From: Candidatus Cloacimonadales bacterium
GTDB taxonomy: Bacteria > Cloacimonadota > Cloacimonadia > Cloacimonadales > JAIOQZ01
NCBI GenBank assembly: GCA_963674825.1
Contig: OY771587.1
Coordinates: 3,424,001-3,488,000, forward strand
Reading direction: 5' to 3'
Length of the DNA stretch: 64,000 bases
Shown here: piece by piece, positions 57,613-64,000 of the stretch
How positions within the stretch are numbered: the stretch's first letter is position 1
Layout: each line of letters opens with the position of its first letter
The notes under the pieces: generated by a model
The model's database searches: none
What the model was told of the DNA's origin: nothing
Seen by the model: only the letters and a program-made list of their open reading frames with translations
Translations under genes and position numbers: made by a program

Positions 57613-59142
57613 ATGATGACGAAACGATTTTTGTTTTTTTTGATTCTCGCGCTGCCATTACTGCTTGTTGCGCAGGATATTGATTCCACTTCAGTAACTG
57701 CGACCGCCAGCACCGGATTCGGCTTTGGCGGAGCGTTTGGAAGCATGACCATGGGCGGTAAGACCTACGCTCAGATCCGCCTGATGCCGGAACTGGTCTT
57801 CGGAAAATTCGGAATCGGTCTCGACGCGGATATCCTGATCGACGAAGAGGGTAACATCCGCGAAGAGGATTGGGACGAATGGGAAGACTACATCAACAAG
57901 ATCTATTACATCCGTTGGAGCCAGCGCGGCGATACCTTCTACGGTAAAGTCGGCGGATTCAAGAGCTACACGCTTGGTCATGGCCTGATCATGAGCAATT
58001 ACACCAATATGCTGCTCTATCCCGAGCATCGCCAGATCGGCCTTCAGCTTGGCGGCACCTTTCCGGGTGACCTCTTTGATCTGGAAGTGTTCACCTCCAA
58101 CGTCCTCGAGAATGACATCCTCGCAGGCCGCGTAGGAACCAAGCCACTCAGTATGATGCCAATCCCGATCCTTAACGGGCTCAAGATCGGCGTTTCTGCC
58201 GCTACCGATCGCGATCAGTACAAGGGCCTTCTGGATGACGATGACGACAACTATGCAAACGAATTCGACGACTTCCCCTACAACGAAGACAAGCACAACC
58301 TCGTCGACGAACCGGACGAAGTGGCGTATCAGATGGAAATCTATCAGGAAATCCACGGCGATACCACCGGCTTCCATAACTGGTTCTGGAATGATTCTGC
58401 CGCGATCGACAGTCGCCGCAACCCGTCGCTCGACGAGTTCGAGAAAGACGATGTGACTGTCGTGGGCGTCGATTACGAATTACCCCTGATTCAGCTCGAA
58501 CAATTCTATCTCAGCAACTATGCTGAATACGCCAACATCCTCGATCATCAGTGGGGCTTGATTTTCCCAGGTTTCTACATGAAATTTCTCATCTTTAACA
58601 TGAACCTCGAATATCGATATTACCACGAGGATTTCGAGCCATCGTTCTTCGACAACCTCTATGAGGAAAATCGCGTGAGCGTTTATACGGTTAATGATTC
58701 CGCAGTTGCCTATACCAAGGAAGAGACACTTCCGCTGAATCCCGAGATGCAGGGTTGGTATGGCAGCGTCACCGCCAACCTCTTCAACACGCTCTATCTG
58801 ACCGTTGCATACGAAGATATGTACACCAGCGCGAATGAAGACGAAGGCTGGAGCGACCGCAATAAGTCGATCTGGGGTAAGCTTGCCCTGGCGCAGTCGG
58901 TAATTCCGCAGCTCAAGGAACTCTCCATCGCTTACCAGCAAACGCGCGTCAAACACGTACTCAAAGAATGGAAGACACCGTCCTCGCTTATTACCGGAAC
59001 CGTTGTCTATGGCATGTCCAGCAACACCAATCTGGTTGCGAAATATCAGGAACGCTATGTTGACTACAACAACGACGGCGAGATCAAGAGTGAAGACGAG
59101 ACCATCAAGACGATGGCCTTCGGCGTCGAATTCCACTTCTGA
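57613..59142 (+). CDS. Putative outer-membrane beta-barrel protein with acidic Ca-binding-like loops
   Basis: Signal peptide; amphipathic strands; DDDDDNYANEFDDFPYNED and DYNNDGE loops; ends FGVEFHF; TTGACA at 57548. Confidence 0.72.
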   Translation: MMTKRFLFFLILALPLLLVAQDIDSTSVTATASTGFGFGGAFGSMTMGGKTYAQIRLMPELVFGKFGIGLDADILIDEEGNIREEDWDEWEDYINKIYYIRWSQRGDTFYGKVGGFKSYTLGHGLIMSNYTNMLLYPEHRQIGLQLGGTFPGDLFDLEVFTSNVLENDILAGRVGTKPLSMMPIPILNGLKIGVSAATDRDQYKGLLDDDDDNYANEFDDFPYNEDKHNLVDEPDEVAYQMEIYQEIHGDTTGFHNWFWNDSAAIDSRRNPSLDEFEKDDVTVVGVDYELPLIQLEQFYLSNYAEYANILDHQWGLIFPGFYMKFLIFNMNLEYRYYHEDFEPSFFDNLYEENRVSVYTVNDSAVAYTKEETLPLNPEMQGWYGSVTANLFNTLYLTVAYEDMYTSANEDEGWSDRNKSIWGKLALAQSVIPQLKELSIAYQQTRVKHVLKEWKTPSSLITGTVVYGMSSNTNLVAKYQERYVDYNNDGEIKSEDETIKTMAFGVEFHF

Positions 59143-59165
59143 TCATAATCGATACAGTTTTCTGC

Positions 59166-59190
59166 AAGCCGGCTCCGTGCCGGCTTTTTT
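59166..59190 (+). terminator. Intrinsic terminator
   Basis: AAGCCGGC-TCCGT-GCCGGCTT followed by a T-run. Confidence 0.85.
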
Positions 59191-59261
59191 CTTATAGTAC
59201 GCCTGTAAGGGTGCAAGTCCAAAATAATAAGTAGTCTGCTATCCTTCGGGAAAAAACCTAC

Positions 59262-59290
59262 TTGACAAGCGTTAAATGCACGAGTAAAAT
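59262..59290 (+). promoter_or_regulatory. Sigma70-type promoter of the 59.3-64 kb operon
   Basis: TTGACA-N17-TAAAAT, ending 27 bp before the ATG at 59318. Confidence 0.75.
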
Positions 59291-59317
59291 TTATTTATAC
59301 GCAACAAAGCAGGTAAT

Positions 59318-59845
59318 ATGAAAAAACAAATTCTCCTTTGCGCCTTGGTTATCATGTTCGGGTGCATCTATGCCGCTGACGAACTGGATCCGCTTGGCGA
59401 TCTGGGTAATCTCTATTGGGGCATTTCAGCCGATACGGTCAGCCATCGTTATGAAGCGTCCGTGGTTGATTTCAACGAATTTGCCATCGTCTGTAACGGC
59501 GAGTACCTCGGCCATCCGGCCTACGTCATGTATATATTCAGTGATGACGGCCTGAGCATGATCACGCACAACCTGCTTGTGGAAAGCGAAGAGGCTGAAC
59601 CGTTTTTTGCCATGTATGATGAAATCCGTACTCATCTGATGAATTCTTACGGCAAGCCAACGGAAGATCAAGAAATCGGAACAGATATTGCAAAAGAAGA
59701 GTTGTTTAACGAAATCAGCAGTGGACAGAAGCAGCTCAATACGTTTTGGGTTGTGGGCGATACTCGTTTGGTCTTGAGTTTGAAGAAGAGCCGGGTGTCC
59801 GAATATCCGGTCTCGATCGTTGTCCTCTATTCGCACAACCAATAG
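59318..59845 (+). CDS. Hypothetical secreted protein
   Basis: Signal peptide; LYWGIS…YIFSDDGL…SYGKP alpha/beta pattern. Confidence 0.75.
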   Translation: MKKQILLCALVIMFGCIYAADELDPLGDLGNLYWGISADTVSHRYEASVVDFNEFAIVCNGEYLGHPAYVMYIFSDDGLSMITHNLLVESEEAEPFFAMYDEIRTHLMNSYGKPTEDQEIGTDIAKEELFNEISSGQKQLNTFWVVGDTRLVLSLKKSRVSEYPVSIVVLYSHNQ

Positions 59846-59861
59846 CAAAGGAGTGTTCCTT

Positions 59862-60401
59862 ATGAAGCGGTGGATCACAGGCATACTGTGCCTATTTTTT
59901 GCAATTCAACTAGCGGCTGAATCGATGATTGTGCATACCCATGAGCAAGATTACTCGTTTGATGTTGAAGACGTTAGCGTCATGCTGGTTTATACCGATA
60001 CCAACATCATCAGCATTCAGACAACAGCAGGTAACTACGATTTCCACATGCTCGACGACATCATTTCAATCGAGTTTGACACCGTCGGTATCGAGCCGGA
60101 TCTGGAGGAGATCGGAGAGCGTGTACCGGTTAAATTCCTAAAAAACTACCCCAATCCGTTCAATCCCGAGACCTCGATCAGCTTCGACACAGGCTATGAC
60201 GCGAAGGTGAACCTGACGATCTACAATGTCAAAGGGCAGAAGGTTAAAACGCTCGTTGACAGCATGATGAAACAGGGTTCGCACAGCGTAAAATGGCAGG
60301 GCACCGACAGCCACGGCAAGAAGGTTGGCGGAGGCGTTTACTTCTATCGTATCGAAGTTGGTAACAAAGTAATCACCCGTAAAATGCTGCTCCTTAAATA
60401 G
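59862..60401 (+). CDS. Small secreted protein: ~55-aa passenger with two motif copies + T9SS type-A/FlgD-like tail
   Basis: Signal peptide MKRW…QLAA; tail NYPNPFNPET…IYNVKGQKVKTL…GGVYFYR…KMLLLK; AGGAG RBS. Confidence 0.88.
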   Translation: MKRWITGILCLFFAIQLAAESMIVHTHEQDYSFDVEDVSVMLVYTDTNIISIQTTAGNYDFHMLDDIISIEFDTVGIEPDLEEIGERVPVKFLKNYPNPFNPETSISFDTGYDAKVNLTIYNVKGQKVKTLVDSMMKQGSHSVKWQGTDSHGKKVGGGVYFYRIEVGNKVITRKMLLLK

Positions 60402-60411
60402 GGAGGATGTC

Positions 60412-61614
60412 ATGAAATATGCATCCATCCTTATAATGCTCATATTGTGCCTGAATCTGGCTGCCACGAGCATGGTTATCGAACGCCAGGATCAGGCAAG
60501 AATCATCATCCCCGTCGATACCATCGACAGCCTATATTTCTCGAATGATACCGTAGGTGAGGTCGCGCAGTTGCAGTTTGTGATGCAGGAACCGCCGGAA
60601 TATCCCAACGATCCCGTGATCATCTATATCGAGCTGGTGGATATCAATGGTAACCTCGTACTCGAATCGCATCCTGTCACACTGTCGTTTGCGACCGTTC
60701 CACCGGATATGGTAAATATCAACGACATGGTCTATACGATCTACGATTCAACGGCGGTCAATTCCGTGGACGGCGTTGTTACAGCCTCGTTAAACCCGGG
60801 CAACGTAGAAGGCGTTGTAACCATCCGCGCAACCGTTGAGGTCAACGGAAACACCATCACTGCTACCTGTCAGTATGCGATCCATATGATGGCGATCGAA
60901 GGCTTTTACCTTTGGATCGGCGACGCCGGATACAATATTGGCGGTGGTAACTGGGCTTTACCTGTAGCGGCTGTTCTGACGACAGCGGACGGAGTGCTGG
61001 TTCCAGATGGTATCCCGGTATCGTTCAGCATAGGCGATTACGGCAATGATTGGGCAAACATCGAAGAATCTGCTTACACTGGGAATTCCTGCTCCTACGC
61101 AGGCCCAACACCTGGGTATGCTTACACGATCCTGACGTATGACGGTTCGTACTCCATGTTGCCTTTGACTATCAATATCAGTGCAGGGGGATTGACGGCA
61201 CCAATAATTTCCTACTTGCCTATCAATCAGCCCCAAATGGAAGCAATACCCATGCCTGGGCATCCGGATTTTGTCTTCGACGAAGATACGCACTACTTTT
61301 CCTGCGATTTTCTGATGAATGTTACCGATGGACAGGGGAATCCGATACGAAATGCCATCATCCAGATGACTTCCACTCACGGTACCTTCCAGGAGCCGGA
61401 CGAAGAATATCAGGTTCCGAATGGCGACTGGTCGCGGCTACTAACAAACGAAGAAGGCGTGGCGATCGGAACGATCCTATTCACTGAGGAGGATTGCCCT
61501 CCGGTGGATGATCCCCCCAATGAAGTTCCCGTCGAGATGACTTTCAATCTGTACGGGACTGATGTAACCGAATCTGTGACCTTCACGCTACGAAACTACA
61601 ACGAGCTCGAATAA
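60412..61614 (+). CDS. Secreted acidic protein with about three Ig-like (Big-1/invasin-like) domains, paralog 1
   Basis: Signal peptide; ELVDINGN, VTDGQGNPI, TNEEGVA; GGAGG RBS. Confidence 0.75.
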   Translation: MKYASILIMLILCLNLAATSMVIERQDQARIIIPVDTIDSLYFSNDTVGEVAQLQFVMQEPPEYPNDPVIIYIELVDINGNLVLESHPVTLSFATVPPDMVNINDMVYTIYDSTAVNSVDGVVTASLNPGNVEGVVTIRATVEVNGNTITATCQYAIHMMAIEGFYLWIGDAGYNIGGGNWALPVAAVLTTADGVLVPDGIPVSFSIGDYGNDWANIEESAYTGNSCSYAGPTPGYAYTILTYDGSYSMLPLTINISAGGLTAPIISYLPINQPQMEAIPMPGHPDFVFDEDTHYFSCDFLMNVTDGQGNPIRNAIIQMTSTHGTFQEPDEEYQVPNGDWSRLLTNEEGVAIGTILFTEEDCPPVDDPPNEVPVEMTFNLYGTDVTESVTFTLRNYNELE

Positions 61615-61625
61615 AGAGGTGGCCC

Positions 61626-62825
61626 ATGCGGAATCTATACATCATACTGTTAAGCGTTTTTGTGGTAACATTATCTGCCACCAGCCTGATCATCGATCGG
61701 GGAGAAGACGCAAGGATCGTCGTTGAAACCGACACAATTGACAGCCTCTATTTTTCGGATACGGTTTACAGTGAAGAGGTGGCGCAGATACATTTCGTCG
61801 TGGACGATACGGATCCATACCATGGTGACGAACTGATCATGGTAGAGCTAATGGATGCCAATGGAAATCTCGTGCTCGATTCACCACCGGTGACCTTATC
61901 CTTTGCATATACACCTCCCGGCGGAGCCAACATCAACAATGAAGTATATACCATCGAAGACTCGATTACGGTCGCGACATATAATGGAATTGCCCTTGCT
62001 GTCCTCCACTGGGGTTATGAAGCCGGCTACGCGGTGATTCGTGCATCCGTGGAAAGCAATGGGCAGATGATTTCGAACACTCAAGGGTATGTCGTCTATG
62101 CATCAGAGGTAGAAAGTATTGATATTCAAATGGGAACCTCTGCGATTGACTGTGGTAATGGCTTCTGGTCAGTTCCTATCGCAGCCATGTGTTTGACTGT
62201 GGACGGCAATACACCTCCGTATGGTACCGCGGTCTGGTTTACGATCGATGACGAAACTATTGAATGGTGCAATGTTGTTGCCGAAAGCTATACTGGGAAT
62301 CATAATGTCTATGGCGATTCGACTCAGGGCGTAGCCAATACGCTCCTGACATATGATGGTTCTCACAGTTTGGAGGAAGTACCGGTCCATGTTGAATGCG
62401 GAAATCTCTCTGTAGTGGAATACATCCAGTTACCGATACAGTTGCCTCAACTTGAAATATACCCCATGCCTGGTCACTTGGACTGGACAAACAATAACTT
62501 CCCAAGCCCACTTGTTGGCGAGATATTTGCACAAGTGTCCGATGCGCAAGGGAACCCGATTGCGAATGCAGTAATTATTTTTTACTCAGAGCGCGGTGAA
62601 TTCATCGAGCCGGACGAACAATATCAAGTTCCCGGAGAGGATTGGTATGTGCTGCAAACAAACGAATGGGGTAATGCGAGAGCTCTTATACAATACCAAA
62701 CCTACGAATGCCCACCGGTCATTCCGCCACCCAATGAGATACCAGTTGATATTCATGCAACCATCCTGGGCACCGAGGTAACTGACCAAACAACGGTGAT
62801 CCTGTTGAACTACTATACTGATTAG
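61626..62825 (+). CDS. Secreted Ig-like (Big-1/invasin-like) protein, paralog 2
   Basis: Colinear with paralog 1 (DTIDSLYFS, ELMDANGNLVL, LTYDGS, PMPGH, CPPV). Confidence 0.75.
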   Translation: MRNLYIILLSVFVVTLSATSLIIDRGEDARIVVETDTIDSLYFSDTVYSEEVAQIHFVVDDTDPYHGDELIMVELMDANGNLVLDSPPVTLSFAYTPPGGANINNEVYTIEDSITVATYNGIALAVLHWGYEAGYAVIRASVESNGQMISNTQGYVVYASEVESIDIQMGTSAIDCGNGFWSVPIAAMCLTVDGNTPPYGTAVWFTIDDETIEWCNVVAESYTGNHNVYGDSTQGVANTLLTYDGSHSLEEVPVHVECGNLSVVEYIQLPIQLPQLEIYPMPGHLDWTNNNFPSPLVGEIFAQVSDAQGNPIANAVIIFYSERGEFIEPDEQYQVPGEDWYVLQTNEWGNARALIQYQTYECPPVIPPPNEIPVDIHATILGTEVTDQTTVILLNYYTD

Positions 62826-62834
62826 GAGTGAACA

Positions 62835-64000
62835 ATGCGAAACCTCTTCATGATTCTGTTTTTAAATGCCGTAGCCGCACTGACGGCAGCAAGCCTCGTC
62901 ATCGACCGCACAGAAGGCCCTGACCTTGCATGCGATACCGCCGATATCCAGGAATTGACCTTCACTGATTCGACAGTGGGCGTAAACATCGCTTCAATCG
63001 AATATTTCGAGAGCGAATTTCAGCTTCTTTCCAACTCCTCGACGACGCTTAAGGCGGCGGTGCTGGATCAATTCGGCAATCTTGTCGATACCGATCAGGA
63101 CGTGATCTTTCTTTTCGTGTGGGATCCCACAAACGGGACCAACATCAACGGCGAGATCGACGAACAATTCGAGACACTTACCGTAACGCCAGTGAACGGC
63201 ATTGCTTCAGCTACACTGAACACTGGTGACCCCGGCCTGACAAGCATTAGCGTGCGCACGACGGACTATCTCGGAAGCACTATTGAGGAAAACCGCATCG
63301 TGACCATCTTCTCGACGCCAATATCCACAGTTGGACTCGTGGACGCTCCATTCAGCGGAACAAACGCCGGTGCTGGAAACTGGCGCGTAACGATCAGTGC
63401 CATTTGCAGCAACGACCTCGGTATGGCATCACCCAAAGACATGCCATGTGTGTTTTCACTGGTTGATCCGACGATCGACTGGGCAAACATTACCGGTGAA
63501 GGTTACATCGGTAATACGAATGTAGAGGGACAATCCTATACAGGCGTGGCGTTCACGGATCTGGTGTATCATGGCTCGCACTCCCTGGAACAGATCGGTA
63601 TTCAGTTTGTAGCTGATGGGACAACGGATGTCGAATATGTGGAACTCCCGCTGAATGAGCCGGCGATCTCGATATCGCTCAATCCTGCCAACCTTGTCTG
63701 GAGCAGTGGTACTGGTGAGGACGATCTCATCGGCGAGGTGCTCGTACATGTGCAGGACAGCCAGGGGAATCCGGTTACAGGCGCTGTGATCAACCTGATG
63801 AGCTCTCGGGGAGAGTTTATCGAAGCGGGTGAACCGTACCAGATTGAAGGTGAGCCGGATAATGTGATCCAGAGTGTTGAAGGTGTGGCGATTGGGTTAA
63901 TCTGCATGCACTGGTACGAATGCCCTCCTGTGGATAATCCTCCGAATCAGCTCAACGTCGATATAACAGCGGTTTTGGGATCACATCAGCTTACCGCGAC
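62835..64000 (+). CDS. Secreted Ig-like protein, paralog 3; truncated by the window edge and absent from the ORF track
   Basis: Hand translation is open from ATG 62835 (AGGAG RBS) to the end: MRNLFMILFLNAVAALTAASLVIDRTEGP…VLDQFGNLV…LVYHGSHSLE…VQDSQGNPV…ECPPVDNPPNQ. Confidence 0.85.
   Translation, partial: MRNLFMILFLNAVAALTAASLVIDRTEGPDLACDTADIQELTFTDSTVGVNIASIEYFESEFQLLSNSSTTLKAAVLDQFGNLVDTDQDVIFLFVWDPTNGTNINGEIDEQFETLTVTPVNGIASATLNTGDPGLTSISVRTTDYLGSTIEENRIVTIFSTPISTVGLVDAPFSGTNAGAGNWRVTISAICSNDLGMASPKDMPCVFSLVDPTIDWANITGEGYIGNTNVEGQSYTGVAFTDLVYHGSHSLEQIGIQFVADGTTDVEYVELPLNEPAISISLNPANLVWSSGTGEDDLIGEVLVHVQDSQGNPVTGAVINLMSSRGEFIEAGEPYQIEGEPDNVIQSVEGVAIGLICMHWYECPPVDNPPNQLNVDITAVLGSHQLTA

Noticed and set aside
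60412..64000. Diversity-generating retroelement explanation for the paralogs
   Set aside because: No reverse transcriptase and no near-identical template/variable repeat pair; divergence is spread along the whole genes.

Overview
A 64-kb, gene-dense bacterial chromosome segment from a diderm organism. FCB-group affinity, plausibly Ca. Cloacimonadota, is inferred from T9SS-type C-terminal sorting tails, many outer-membrane barrels and general gene content; it is not proven. I found no integrase, transposase, phage gene or CRISPR array. Housekeeping content: PEP carboxykinase, natA/natB-like ABC genes-glmS-recO-tRNA nucleotidyltransferase, der-plsY-purF-heptose kinase, cutC and tRNA-Ala(CGC). 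A surface-glycan locus holds GDP-heptose genes, rfbC/rfbD, a priming transferase and a WlbABC-like trio. Envelope genes include two tandem patatin-POTRA-barrel genes, several TPR proteins, and a cobalamin riboswitch upstream of a beta-propeller with a sorting tail. Best candidate for an undescribed system (59.3-64 kb): a tiny secreted protein made of only two copies of a ~25-aa beta motif plus a T9SS-type tail, followed by at least three paralogous Ig-like secreted proteins that each begin with one copy of a similar motif; the two complete ones have no tail. This suggests a carrier/cargo docking system. Other highlights: an HhH-barrel + FadL/PorV-like barrel + 5'-nucleotidase operon (possible extracellular nucleic-acid scavenging), a signalling operon with degenerate phospho-sites, a TonB_C-barrel fusion, and a candidate ~80-nt structured RNA. 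All family assignments are motif recognition by eye; no searches were run.
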